From contig DYFC01000051.1 of assembly GCA_020725385.1 (NCBI GenBank), positions 1 through 43,269 on the forward strand: DNA of 43,269 nt, read 5' to 3'. Below, piece by piece: positions 19,942 to 30,148 of the stretch. Numbering within the stretch: position 1 is the first letter of the stretch; the number at the start of each line of letters is the position of its first letter. Below the pieces are notes generated by a model, which was given only the letters and a program-made list of their open reading frames with translations, ran no database searches and was not told the origin of the DNA. This DNA is from Nitrospira japonica. GTDB taxonomy: Bacteria > Nitrospirota > Thermodesulfovibrionia > Thermodesulfovibrionales > SM23-35. Made by a program: the position numbers and the translations under genes.

Positions 19942-21135
19942 TTGGCCATATTTTCATATAGAGCGACAACAATGGAAGGCGCTATTATCGAAGGTGTTAT
20001 TGATGCAACCGATGAAAAAAGTGCAATAGAAAGGCTTAAGAATTCCGGGTATATACCATTGAATGTTTCGGCTCCACGTGAAGATATTAAGAGGAGACTC
20101 GCATTTCGTTCCTCAAAAAGTCATGTGCTAACTTTTACAACAGAACTTTCAGCGCTTCTTGGAGCAGGTCTTCCTCTGGATAGAAGTCTTAACATTCTTG
20201 CAGAAATTTCAGAAAGCAGTGAATTGAAAGGAGTAATACAGTCTGTTCTTAGGTCCATAAGAGAAGGAAGTTCATTTTCTGATGCTCTTTCTAAACATCC
20301 AAAAATATTCCCGAAATTATATGTCAATATGATACGAGCAGGTGAAACCGGTGGAGTGCTTGATGTTGTTCTCGAAAAATTAAATGAGTTTTTAGAATCT
20401 TCAAGGGCACTTAAAGAGCATGTGGTTTCTGTAATGCTCTATCCTGTTATTCTTATAATTACCGGCGGGGTATCTATTATTGTACTTCTTACCTTTGTTC
20501 TCCCGAAATTCTCACTCATATTTGCAGAACTTGGCGGCTCTTTACCTTTACCAACAAAACTTCTCCTTTCTTTCAGCAATTTACTGCGCGCCTATTGGTG
20601 GATTGTTCTTTCCGCATTGGTAGCTATGTGGCTTCTTTTTAAAAATTATGTAAAATCACCTGCCGGAAGGTATCAATGGGACTCGTTTAAGTTGAAACTT
20701 CTCGGTGATATTATAAAGAAGCTTGAGACCGCAAGATTTTGTAGAACTCTCGGCACATTACTTAAAAGTGGAGTGCCTGTGCTACAGGCTCTCAACAATG
20801 CGAAGGATGTTATTAGTAACCATGTTATTGCTTCTGCAATAGACAAGGTTTCTGCTGGTGCAAAGGAAGGAAAAGGAATTGCAGCACCGCTGGCAGCTAC
20901 AAATGTATTCCCTCAACTTGCTCTTTCAATGATAAAAGTTGGTGAAGAAACAGGACAGCTTGATACAATGCTAATAAAGGTTGCAACAACTTATGAAAAA
21001 AGTTTGAATGTCGCAATTAAAAGATTTGTTTCTTTACTCGAACCTGTAATGATTCTTGCAATGGGATTAATAATAGGGTTTATTGTTATATCAATGTTAA
21101 TCTCGATCTTCAGCATTGTAGAACTTCCATTTTAG
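19942..21135 (+). CDS. gspF: Type II secretion system inner-membrane platform protein F
   Basis: Duplicated T2SSF domains (AGLPLDRSL..AGETGG; SGVPVLQAL..VGEETGQL..LLEP); TTG start with GGAGG RBS. Confidence 0.92.
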   Translation: MAIFSYRATTMEGAIIEGVIDATDEKSAIERLKNSGYIPLNVSAPREDIKRRLAFRSSKSHVLTFTTELSALLGAGLPLDRSLNILAEISESSELKGVIQSVLRSIREGSSFSDALSKHPKIFPKLYVNMIRAGETGGVLDVVLEKLNEFLESSRALKEHVVSVMLYPVILIITGGVSIIVLLTFVLPKFSLIFAELGGSLPLPTKLLLSFSNLLRAYWWIVLSALVAMWLLFKNYVKSPAGRYQWDSFKLKLLGDIIKKLETARFCRTLGTLLKSGVPVLQALNNAKDVISNHVIASAIDKVSAGAKEGKGIAAPLAATNVFPQLALSMIKVGEETGQLDTMLIKVATTYEKSLNVAIKRFVSLLEPVMILAMGLIIGFIVISMLISIFSIVELPF

Positions 21136-21184
21136 AAGGATAAGTAAAAAAGTTAAATTTTTTATTTCGAAATCAATTTACACT

Positions 21185-21640
21185 ATGAATCACAGAAAAA
21201 AAAGAGGGTTTATACTCATTGAATTAATTGTTGTACTATTATTGATAACTATTATTATGGGCATTGTAGCAATTTCATTTGCAAATTTTCTTCCCTCGAG
21301 CAAATTTGATGCAACGGTGAGAACAGTTATTTCGACAATTAAACATGCACGTGCGCTCTCAAGTATAAACAATGAAACAAAAACTATTACTATTGATATT
21401 GATTCCAAAAAATTCGGGATTGAAGGAATAGGCAGCAAAGATATTCCTCAAGATATAGGAATTAAGATTATTGACCCGTATTTTGGGGAAATCGTTCATG
21501 GTAAATACCGTTTTGTTGTATATAATACAGGGAACATTGATGCAGGGGACATAATACTCTGGAATTCTTCGAAAAGCAGTATTATCCGTATAGACCCTAT
21601 AATTGGAGCGGTTATTATAAAGCAAAATGAAAAGCGCTGA
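21185..21640 (+). CDS. gspH: T2SS minor pseudopilin H
   Basis: Class III signal KRG|FILIELIVV; GspH/FimT-like body (..IKHARALS..); position before gspI/J/K. Confidence 0.75.
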   Translation: MNHRKKRGFILIELIVVLLLITIIMGIVAISFANFLPSSKFDATVRTVISTIKHARALSSINNETKTITIDIDSKKFGIEGIGSKDIPQDIGIKIIDPYFGEIVHGKYRFVVYNTGNIDAGDIILWNSSKSSIIRIDPIIGAVIIKQNEKR

Positions 21641-22016
21641 TAATAACAAAGGGTTTACTTTACTTGAAATTCTTGTAGCAACCGCACTGCTCGGGATTGC
21701 AATAACAGTGGTGCTTCAACTCTTCTCTGCGAATATAAAAGCAATAGGTGATTCAAGCGACTATGTAAAAGCAGCAACATGGACTGAAATGAAAATGAGA
21801 GAATTACTTGCTTCAGGCAACATGGAAGAGAAATCTTACAGGGAAACAACAAACAATGGTTATACAATAGATATTTCAATTACCGAAACCCTGAAGGAAA
21901 GGACAGAAAATCTTGATGTCAGGCTTTTTGAGATAGTTCTTACAACACACTGGTTGAAAGGCATAAAAGAAAAGTCTTTTACTTTAAGAACTTTGAAAAC
22001 AGTACGGAAAGAATGA
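21627..22016 (+). CDS. gspI: T2SS minor pseudopilin I
   Basis: KG|FTLLEILVA; 129 aa; overlaps both neighbours. Confidence 0.8.
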   Translation: MKSADNNKGFTLLEILVATALLGIAITVVLQLFSANIKAIGDSSDYVKAATWTEMKMRELLASGNMEEKSYRETTNNGYTIDISITETLKERTENLDVRLFEIVLTTHWLKGIKEKSFTLRTLKTVRKE

Positions 22017-22699
22017 ACTACTTCCCTAAAATATTCAGGACAAGTCACAACAAATTTAAGAATAGTTTTATCAATTCTCAAAATGGTTTCACTTTGCTTG
22101 AATTGACAATTTCTATAACAATGCTTGCATTAATAGTTCTTGTTATCGCCGGAGCCTTAAGACTTGGATACAGATCAATTGAATCCGCGGATAGAAAAAT
22201 AGAATCTACCGAAAGAATGAGAATATCTTTCCATATAATTGATTCCCAGATACAATCGTATATTCCTTTAACTTATATCGATAACGGGGAAAGAAAATAT
22301 TATTTCAAAGGGAACAAAACTTCCATGCAGTTTTCAACAAACTATTCTGTCTGGGGTGGTGAAAGAGGATATGTTGTAACTACTTATGATGTTGTTGCAT
22401 CGGATAATAATAAACATGCGCTTTTAGTCACGGAAAATACAGTTGGAATAGAATTTGCAAGACAGACCAAACTTCTGGACAATTATAATGCTATTTTCTT
22501 TAAATATTACTATAAAGACCCTACTGAAGAACAAGGCAAATGGATAGAAGAATGGACGGATGAAACAACAGTGCCACAGAAGATAAGAATTTATTTTTCC
22601 GACGACACAGGAGATAGTGTAATAACAGTTCCTTTGAGAATCAGGACATCTCTTAATGAAGAAGATGACATAGATTTAAATGTTAATAATAACGAATGA
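22013..22699 (+). CDS. gspJ: T2SS minor pseudopilin J
   Basis: NG|FTLLELTIS; C-terminal W.EEW....VP.KIRI typical of GspJ. Confidence 0.82.
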   Translation: MNYFPKIFRTSHNKFKNSFINSQNGFTLLELTISITMLALIVLVIAGALRLGYRSIESADRKIESTERMRISFHIIDSQIQSYIPLTYIDNGERKYYFKGNKTSMQFSTNYSVWGGERGYVVTTYDVVASDNNKHALLVTENTVGIEFARQTKLLDNYNAIFFKYYYKDPTEEQGKWIEEWTDETTVPQKIRIYFSDDTGDSVITVPLRIRTSLNEEDDIDLNVNNNE

Positions 22700-23673
22700 G
22701 GATGAAAATTAAAGACCATTATTTAAGAAATCTCGGAACAACTGAAAATGGTATAGCTCTAATTATAGTATTATGGATACTTACTATACTTATGGTTCTT
22801 GCTCTATCATTTTCTTATGCTGCGAGAACCGAGATATATTCAACAATAGCCTTCAGGGAGAGTATGGAAGAAAAATTTCTTGCCGAAGCAGGAATTGAAC
22901 GCGCAATTACAGAATTGTTTTATTATCAGATGTATAAAGACCAGACTATTGAACTTGAAGGGCTTGATGTATGGAAAGTAGATAATACTCCTTATGATAT
23001 TCAAACAGGCACGGGAACCTGTAATATCAGAATTATTGATGAAATGGGGAAGGTGGACATAAACGCAGGTTCTGAGGTAGTATTAAAAAATCTTTTAATA
23101 AATTCAGGGGTACAACCCGAACAGGCCGATATTATTGTTGATTCAATGATGGACTGGAAAGACCCAGATGATTTGCACAGGCTTAATGGCGCCGAAAGTG
23201 ATTATTACATGTCTTTGCCTGTACCATATAAAGCAAAAGATGCAAATTTTGACACATTGGAGGAATTGCTTCTTGTCAAAGGTATGACTCCTGAAATATT
23301 ATATGGTAATAACGAAAAAGAAGGTATTATTGATTTTCTAACTGTGAATTCAAGGCAGAGAAGAATAAATATAAATGCAGCGCCGAGAGAAGTGCTTATG
23401 GCAGTGCCGGGGATAACACCGGAGCTTGCCGATACTATAATTAATATAAGGCAAACCGGTAAAATTGACTCTCCTCAAATGATTGCTCTGCCGCCCGATT
23501 CTTTGAATTATATAATTACAGGAGAATCAACATCAGCAACATTTACTGTAACATCAACCGGTAGAAGCAAGAATAAGAAGGGAGGATATACGGTGCGGGC
23601 TGTCGTAAATATATCCGGACAGGATAATTACAGGATATTGAGTTATAAAAGCCCTGCTACGACAAAACAATGA
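22696..23673 (+). CDS. gspK: T2SS minor pseudopilin K
   Basis: NG|IALIIVLW (no Glu5), DEMGKVDIN, DWKDPDD..GAESDYY, EELLLVKG, ININAAP..L.AVPG. Confidence 0.92.
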   Translation: MRMKIKDHYLRNLGTTENGIALIIVLWILTILMVLALSFSYAARTEIYSTIAFRESMEEKFLAEAGIERAITELFYYQMYKDQTIELEGLDVWKVDNTPYDIQTGTGTCNIRIIDEMGKVDINAGSEVVLKNLLINSGVQPEQADIIVDSMMDWKDPDDLHRLNGAESDYYMSLPVPYKAKDANFDTLEELLLVKGMTPEILYGNNEKEGIIDFLTVNSRQRRININAAPREVLMAVPGITPELADTIINIRQTGKIDSPQMIALPPDSLNYIITGESTSATFTVTSTGRSKNKKGGYTVRAVVNISGQDNYRILSYKSPATTKQ

Positions 23674-25217
23674 ATGGTACATTTGTTTTAAATAAAATTT
23701 CATCTTTAGCAACTTCTTCTGCATCAACTTTTATTGATGCAATTAATCCTTTATGGCGTTTTCTTACTTTCAGCATTGCTGATGATAGAATTTATCCGGA
23801 GAAAGCATTATGTGTTTCTATCGAAAAAGGTCTTATTTCAGTAGCATTTGGTTCAAGATTATTCTCGGTTATCAAAATAAAACATGTTAAAGAATATCCT
23901 GTTGAAGAAGGAAAAATTCCACAGCCTGATATATTTGCTTCGTCGCTTTCTTTTGCAGTTAATGAGTTCGGTACATACACTAAGAATATAATTTTAAGCA
24001 TTCCAAAATCATGGGCTATAGTAAAAGTTGTTGACTTCCCTTCAACTGCCCTTGAGAATCTCTCTAATGTTGTTGCCTATGAGCTTGATCGCATAACCCC
24101 TTTTAATTCCGAAGACGCATATTATGATTATAAAATTATTGGTGAAAAAGAAGGTAAGATTAGCTTATTGGTTGTTGCTGCCAGAGCAGACTTAATAAAT
24201 CCATATCTTGAAGTAGCTAACGAAAAAGGTATTTCTATTTCGAAAATAACGGTTAATTTATCTGTAATAGAAACACTGTTACGCTATAACAATAACAAAA
24301 CTGAAGAAGCGTTCCTTGAGATTAATAAGAATGGTTATGAAGGAGCGCTTTTTATAAACGGAACAATTTTAAATACATTTTCAGGGAACTTTAAGACCGA
24401 AGACCACCAATCAAAAATAAATACAATAAAAGAGCAAATAGAACCACTAATGCAGGCCTTGAAAATAAAAGAAAAACCCCAAAAACTAACAGTGCTTATG
24501 ACTGAACAAGATCCTTCATTTAAAGAAATTATGAAAATAGGCCTCCCGTATTCAATAAAATTTCTTGATGAATCGCTTGTGAAGATTAAAATGCAGAATT
24601 CTAAGACTTATTCTTCGATTGGAGGGGTTATTGAGTATTTATGGCCGAAATCTGGAGGCCTGAATCTTCTCTGCAAGGGAAATCACCCGAAAACTAAACC
24701 TCCACTTATACTTACTTTTATATTAATCTTTGTAATTCTTATTATGTGGGTTTTATATATAATTGCTCCTCTTAGAGTAGAAAAACAAAGGCTTAATGAA
24801 ATTGATAAACAGATTGAAATGCGGAAAGAAGAAGTAAAGAAAATTGAAGCCTTAAAAAAAGATATTTCAGCAGTTATTGATGAAATCAATTTAATAAATA
24901 ATTTTAAACAGGATAAACATATGGATATTGATTTACTTAAAAATCTAACATCCATTTTGCCTAAAAGCGCATGGCTTTCGAGGGTTAGAATAACCCAAAC
25001 CCATGTTGAACTTGAAGGATATACGACTGAATCGGCGACTGCTATACTTTCCAAACTCGAAGCATCTCCATATTTCAAAAAGGTAGAATTTTCTTCGCCA
25101 ACATTTAGAGATACAAGATTAAAGTCCGAACGTTTTAATATAAAAATGGAAATAGAAGGACTTAAAAAAGAACCTTCTCTTGTGCCTAAAAGGAGTACCG
25201 AAGATGAAGAAGAATAA
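23670..25217 (+). CDS. gspL: T2SS protein L (PilM-like cytoplasmic domain + TM + PilN-like periplasmic domain)
   Basis: 515 aa; actin-like N-terminal region (YELDRITPF..YYDY), LNLL, single TM, coiled coil, LTSILPKSAWL..LEG..LEASPYF. Confidence 0.78.
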   Translation: MNGTFVLNKISSLATSSASTFIDAINPLWRFLTFSIADDRIYPEKALCVSIEKGLISVAFGSRLFSVIKIKHVKEYPVEEGKIPQPDIFASSLSFAVNEFGTYTKNIILSIPKSWAIVKVVDFPSTALENLSNVVAYELDRITPFNSEDAYYDYKIIGEKEGKISLLVVAARADLINPYLEVANEKGISISKITVNLSVIETLLRYNNNKTEEAFLEINKNGYEGALFINGTILNTFSGNFKTEDHQSKINTIKEQIEPLMQALKIKEKPQKLTVLMTEQDPSFKEIMKIGLPYSIKFLDESLVKIKMQNSKTYSSIGGVIEYLWPKSGGLNLLCKGNHPKTKPPLILTFILIFVILIMWVLYIIAPLRVEKQRLNEIDKQIEMRKEEVKKIEALKKDISAVIDEINLINNFKQDKHMDIDLLKNLTSILPKSAWLSRVRITQTHVELEGYTTESATAILSKLEASPYFKKVEFSSPTFRDTRLKSERFNIKMEIEGLKKEPSLVPKRSTEDEEE

Positions 25218-25755
25218 AACACTTATCTTTACAATCCCGGCTATGATAATTCTCGGCGTTTTTTTGCTCTATCAATATGTATATCTTGGCATACAAGGAG
25301 AATTATCTACAGTTAAAGAAATTCAGGAAATAAAAACTAAAACCTTGCAAAAGTATATGACCCTTATAGCCCAGAAACCCGAACTTGAAAAACAACTTGC
25401 TTCTCTTAAGGAAACGAGAAAAGCAGAAGATTCAAAGCTGATTGAAGGGCAGACAATATCTCTTGCAGCTGCTTCTTTACAGGATATAGTTAAGGAAACA
25501 GTTACAAGAAATGGTGCAACGATAACAAGTGAACGTGTCGGAAAAACAGAAGACCTCGGAAAATTTAAAGTAGTAAGTGTTAGTGTTGACGCCAATGTGC
25601 CTGACACTAGAATTCTAAGAGATATTCTATATTCTCTTGAAACACGTACACCTTATTTAATTATAAAGGACCTTGATATAAGAGTAAGAAACTTCAGGGA
25701 TCCAAGAGATCAGATGGTGAAATTTGATGTTGCAGCCCTTACAGCAAGTAAATAA
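25204..25755 (+). CDS. gspM: T2SS protein M (GspM/PilO-like)
   Basis: N-terminal TM, coiled coil, AAASLQDIVK, LYSLE...PYLII..L.I; start moved to ATG 25204 (MKKNK) behind AGGAG, rather than the GTG at 25180. Confidence 0.78.
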   Translation: MKKNKTLIFTIPAMIILGVFLLYQYVYLGIQGELSTVKEIQEIKTKTLQKYMTLIAQKPELEKQLASLKETRKAEDSKLIEGQTISLAAASLQDIVKETVTRNGATITSERVGKTEDLGKFKVVSVSVDANVPDTRILRDILYSLETRTPYLIIKDLDIRVRNFRDPRDQMVKFDVAALTASK

Positions 25756-25802
25756 AATAACACAGAGCAAAAGATTAAAAATTACTTGTAAGGAGGAATG
25801 AT

Positions 25803-27017
25803 ATGCAATCTATTAAAAGAATTGGGGTTATCACAAGCGGTGGTGATTGCGGCGGGCTTAATGCTGTTATTAAAGGTGTCGCAAGAGAGGCATACTATCT
25901 CGGGATTGAATCTGTCGTTATCCCTCACGGGTATGCAGGGCTTTATAATCTTTTAAATATGGATGATGTTGTGCGACTTAATGCTGAAAGAGTAAGTAAA
26001 ATTGAAGCATCTCTTGCAGGTTCGGAAGCAGGTCACTCCCGTGTTAAAATAAGCAAAATCTCAGACCCTGAAAAATATGAAAAGATTAAAAAAGGATTAA
26101 GCAAGTTTGGAATAGATGCCCTTGTTATCAGCGGTGGCGATGATACCGGCAGTGTTGTTGTTGACCTCTCTTCACAGGGAATCCCCTGCATTCATGTTCC
26201 AAAAACAATGGACTTAGATTTGCAGTCATACAGTGTTGGTGGAGATTCGGCAATAAACAGGATAGCTGTTTTTGCAAGAGAACTTAAGACAACAGGAATG
26301 AGCCATAACCGGATTCTTGTAATTGAAGTATTTGGAAGATATGTGGGACATACAGCACTTCGTGGCGGGATAGGTGCAGAAGCTGACGCTATTCTCATAC
26401 CCGAGATACCTGTTGATTTTGATGTGCTATACGAACATATGAAAACAACATTTTTTGCAAGAATAGAAAGAAGCGATGTTAAGGCCGGAACATATATTAT
26501 AGTTGTTGCCGAAGGCATAAAAAATGCCAACGGTGAGATGCTCTATGATGAATCGATCCCGCCTGATGCTTTTGGACATAAAAAACTTGCCGGGGCAGGG
26601 AAATATGTAAGGCAGCAACTTGAAAAAAGACTGAAATCAGACCCTGCTGTTAAAGAATTTATGCAAAAAACCGGAATGTTTGCTCCGGGTGTATATGAGG
26701 CGCCTGAAGTCAGGGAAGTTACGCCGGGACATCTTGTTCGCGCAGGACATTCATCTGCACGTGATGTTAACTTTGGATATAAAGCAGGTGCTGCAGCAGT
26801 GTATCTTTTAATTGAAGGCAAAACAGGCAATACAGTAGTTAATGTCGAGGGTAATAAAATATATTATCAACCAACATCTGAAGTAATAAAACGCAGAGAA
26901 GTGAATTTAAGTGAAATTGCAATATTTGAAAGCCTCGGAACATGTTTCGGGAGAAAACCCGAAAAATTTGTTTATGAGATAATCGAACAAAAAGGTCATA
27001 TTGAGAGACACCTGTAA
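25803..27017 (+). CDS. Phosphofructokinase, probably pyrophosphate-dependent
   Basis: TSGGDCGGLNAVI, GGDD (D114), PKTMD (K134), EVFGR, VVAEG, DAFGH; AGGAGG RBS. Confidence 0.9.
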   Translation: MQSIKRIGVITSGGDCGGLNAVIKGVAREAYYLGIESVVIPHGYAGLYNLLNMDDVVRLNAERVSKIEASLAGSEAGHSRVKISKISDPEKYEKIKKGLSKFGIDALVISGGDDTGSVVVDLSSQGIPCIHVPKTMDLDLQSYSVGGDSAINRIAVFARELKTTGMSHNRILVIEVFGRYVGHTALRGGIGAEADAILIPEIPVDFDVLYEHMKTTFFARIERSDVKAGTYIIVVAEGIKNANGEMLYDESIPPDAFGHKKLAGAGKYVRQQLEKRLKSDPAVKEFMQKTGMFAPGVYEAPEVREVTPGHLVRAGHSSARDVNFGYKAGAAAVYLLIEGKTGNTVVNVEGNKIYYQPTSEVIKRREVNLSEIAIFESLGTCFGRKPEKFVYEIIEQKGHIERHL

Positions 27018-27043
27018 CCAGGAAGTTTATTTATTGTTTTTTG

Positions 27044-27066
27044 GGGCGGGCTATTATAACCCGCCC
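27044..27066. terminator. GC-rich hairpin between convergent pfk and aldolase genes
   Basis: GGGCGGG / CCCGCCC stem with 9-nt loop; U-tracts are weak. Confidence 0.55.
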
Positions 27067-27073
27067 GTGTATT

Positions 27074-28423
27074 CTAAAGCAAACCTGTTAATTCAGCATT
27101 AAAGTCTTTTCTTACTATTATTGGTTTTACAGTATTATTTACAATCTCGGTTGTATTGGTCACTTTTAGTTTATTAAACAATAATTCAAATTTATCAGAA
27201 AGCTCCTTCATTATTGGTTCTTTTACATCATGGGGAAGATCCCACCATTTTTTCTTTAATGGTCCGAAACCTTTTTTCCTTGTGCTGTAAATAAATTGTT
27301 CTTCTGTCTGTCCTTCTTTTTTGTCTTTTGCATATTCGGTTTTTATGAAATTATAAACTTCTTCTCTGAATTCTTTTGGAAGCGCTGTGCTGTCATACAT
27401 AATATTCTGAAACCCTGTTGCAAGATGAACTTCTGATGTCCCGGTTTCAGGGAACATATGAAAAGCATCTTCGGGCAATGTTGATGCTCCATGCTGTACA
27501 CAACCTGAGAGGCCATATTCTCTCCTTGCAAGGTCGGATAATATTCTTAAAGTCTCAAAATCAATCTTAACCTGTGCTAAAGAACCATCAGGAAGAACAA
27601 CTCCTCCATGACTTGTTCCTGTCTGAACACTCAATTTGCTTAATCCTTTTCCTCCTTTAAAAGTTTCTTTGAATCCGTCAAGATAAGCTCTTAGTTCATC
27701 AGGATTACTATTTTTTTTGCCAATTTCGCCGATTTCACCGCCAATTGAAATATCTATTCCAGCAGGTTGTATCCCTCTTATATATTCGGCCATCTCGGCA
27801 GTTCTCTCAAAATTAGGTCTCTGTTGTTCTTTAATAGTTGGTTTATCAAGATCAACTATTGTTGATGTATCAATGTCAATATTATAAAACTCCGCTTCAA
27901 TCGCTTCTTTTATAAGCCCTTTCACATATTCAATTTCAGGCCTGGAGTCAGCAAGATAATTTTTCCTTACAAGCTGGAAATGGTCTCCCTGAATGAAAAC
28001 AGGACCTTTATAACCTTCTCTTACAGCCGCTGCAAGCACAACAGTTGAATACTCAAGAGGCCTCTGTTTTGTATATCCAATTTCAGATCTTGCAATCTCA
28101 AAAATAAAAGCGCCTACTTTCATTTCCAATGCCTTTTTAAATATTACCCTTGCTGTATCATATGTGAGTCCTCTTATATTCATAGCAGGAACAGTAAATC
28201 CCGGATAGTTTTTACCCATCTCTTCGTACAGTGTTTGAATAGATGCAGGGATCGCTCCGGCAGCTTTAGCAATTTCTTTGATTAAAATTAGGAGGTTATT
28301 TTTCTTTTCACCCTCTGAAAATACAGCTTCATAGATAAGGGTATCCATAATATTTTTAATAGCATTTAAGTCTTTGATTTCAATTCCCTTACTACTTATA
28401 GATATTAACTCTTTTAAATTCAT
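27074..28423 (-). CDS. Class II (metal-dependent) fructose-bisphosphate aldolase family protein
   Basis: FTVPAMN, QGDH, DIDTS, GGEIGEIG, GTSHGG, VQHGAS motifs. Confidence 0.87.
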   Translation of the reverse strand: MNLKELISISSKGIEIKDLNAIKNIMDTLIYEAVFSEGEKKNNLLILIKEIAKAAGAIPASIQTLYEEMGKNYPGFTVPAMNIRGLTYDTARVIFKKALEMKVGAFIFEIARSEIGYTKQRPLEYSTVVLAAAVREGYKGPVFIQGDHFQLVRKNYLADSRPEIEYVKGLIKEAIEAEFYNIDIDTSTIVDLDKPTIKEQQRPNFERTAEMAEYIRGIQPAGIDISIGGEIGEIGKKNSNPDELRAYLDGFKETFKGGKGLSKLSVQTGTSHGGVVLPDGSLAQVKIDFETLRILSDLARREYGLSGCVQHGASTLPEDAFHMFPETGTSEVHLATGFQNIMYDSTALPKEFREEVYNFIKTEYAKDKKEGQTEEQFIYSTRKKGFGPLKKKWWDLPHDVKEPIMKELSDKFELLFNKLKVTNTTEIVNNTVKPIIVRKDFNAELTGLL

Positions 28424-28499
28424 AGTACCTCCTTATTTTTAAAAGTATTTAATTCTTCAAAACATTTTATCAATATTTTTCTAAAGATTCTATTAAAAA

Positions 28500-29441
28500 T
28501 TACAGCTTTGGATTTTTTACCCTTAGAATGGCACGGGCTGTCTCTATATCTTCACGAATCTGTTTTTCGAGAGCAGCAACATTCGGGAATGTTCTTTCAT
28601 TCCTTATTCTATCTATGAAATATACCCTTAAATATTCACCGAGTAAATCACCTGAAAAGCCGAATAAATGCACTTCATAGCTAACAGCTTTTTCTTTAAA
28701 TGTAGGATTTTTCCCTATATTAGCAACACCATCATAAATGCTTCCCTTATATCCAACCCTTACTGCATATACTCCCTCTTTAGGGGCAATTTCAACAGGT
28801 GTTGTAATGTTTGCAGTTGGTATATTAAGTATGCTTTTTCCTCTTCCTTTACCTTTTATAACAGTTCCTAAAATTGAATATGCTCTTCCAAGATAGGTTG
28901 AAACTTCCTGCATCTGACCTTTGAGAATAAGATTGCGGATACTGCTACTACTTACAATATTCCCGTGTACTAAAACATCAGGCACTGCTGTGGCATGAAA
29001 TCCGAATTCTTTTCCCCGTTTCTTTAAGAGTTCAATGTTACCTTTTTTACCCTTTCCAAAAGCATAATTTACACCAACGATAACCTCTTTTACATGCAGT
29101 TTATTTACAAGTATATCTTTTATAAAATCATCGGGTAGTATCTGTGCAAATTCTTTATTAAAAGTCACAAAAAGCAGAATATCAATCCCCATCTTTGCAA
29201 TAAGTCTTGCTTTTTCTTCAGGAGTTGTCAGAAGTTTAACATCTCTTTCAGGTGCAAGCACCTTAACAGGATGCGGCTCGAAAGTCATAACTACAGAGGT
29301 GCCGTTGATTTCTTCAGCTTTTTTCCTGACCATTGAAAGTATTTTTTGGTGTCCGAGATGTACCCCGTCGTAATTACCTATCGTTAGGACAGTGTTCGGA
29401 TAGATTTTCTCAAGAGCTTCAAATCCTTTAATTATTTCCAT
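28500..29441 (-). CDS. ribF: Bifunctional riboflavin kinase / FAD synthetase
   Basis: IGNYDGVHLGH, TFEPHP, VSSSSIR, PTAN, GVYAV, NIGKNPTF, YEVH. Confidence 0.96.
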   Translation of the reverse strand: MEIIKGFEALEKIYPNTVLTIGNYDGVHLGHQKILSMVRKKAEEINGTSVVMTFEPHPVKVLAPERDVKLLTTPEEKARLIAKMGIDILLFVTFNKEFAQILPDDFIKDILVNKLHVKEVIVGVNYAFGKGKKGNIELLKKRGKEFGFHATAVPDVLVHGNIVSSSSIRNLILKGQMQEVSTYLGRAYSILGTVIKGKGRGKSILNIPTANITTPVEIAPKEGVYAVRVGYKGSIYDGVANIGKNPTFKEKAVSYEVHLFGFSGDLLGEYLRVYFIDRIRNERTFPNVAALEKQIREDIETARAILRVKNPKL

Positions 29442-30033
29442 ATGTAGCCTCTTTCAAAAGTTTTTTATATATTTTTTCTACAGCTTTCATTGTTAATTCA
29501 GGTGTTCTACTATTATTGATTGTAAAATCGGATTTTTTAATTTTCTCTTTAACGGGCAATTGTGTTTTTAATCTTATAATCGCATCTTTTTTATTTATGC
29601 CTTTTTTCTCGAGTCGTTTAATAGCTTCTTTTTTAGTAGTGAAAACAGTAATTGTTTTGTCAAAAATATTTGAATAATTTCTCTCAAAAAGCAGAGGCAC
29701 CTCAATAATAGCTAACCTATACTTTTTCTTAACCGTTTTAATTATAGAAAATATCTTTTTAAAAACCAGAGGGTGAAGTATATTTTCAAGCCCGGTTCTT
29801 AAGGTATTGTCAGAAAATATTGCATCCGCAATTTTTTTCTTATTAATTCTGCCATCGGCGCAAAAAAAATCATTTCCGAAAATCTGTTTTATTTTTTTTT
29901 TAACATAGGATTTTTTTAGAAGTTCTCTGACAATTTCATCAGCATCAAGAGTATAGGCTCCAAATTTTTTAAACATGGAAAGAACAGAACTTTTGCCCAT
30001 GCCATAATTACCAGTGAGTCCGATTAGTAGCAT
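29428..30033 (-). CDS. coaE: Dephospho-CoA kinase
   Basis: IGLTGNYGMGKS P-loop, DADEI, LENILHP, EVPLLFE. Confidence 0.95.
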   Translation of the reverse strand: MLLIGLTGNYGMGKSSVLSMFKKFGAYTLDADEIVRELLKKSYVKKKIKQIFGNDFFCADGRINKKKIADAIFSDNTLRTGLENILHPLVFKKIFSIIKTVKKKYRLAIIEVPLLFERNYSNIFDKTITVFTTKKEAIKRLEKKGINKKDAIIRLKTQLPVKEKIKKSDFTINNSRTPELTMKAVEKIYKKLLKEATYGNN

Positions 30034-30148
30034 AGGATTTATTATACAACATAAATACGGGCAATCCTACAAAATATCAATGTTTTTATGGTTGAAGGTT
30101 TTGTACTTCAATAACAAAGTGAAGCATAATATATGCTAAAATTATATC

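Noticed and set aside
25180-25203. GTG start for gspM given by the ORF track
   Set aside because: The AGGAG RBS lies inside this stretch and fits the ATG at 25204.
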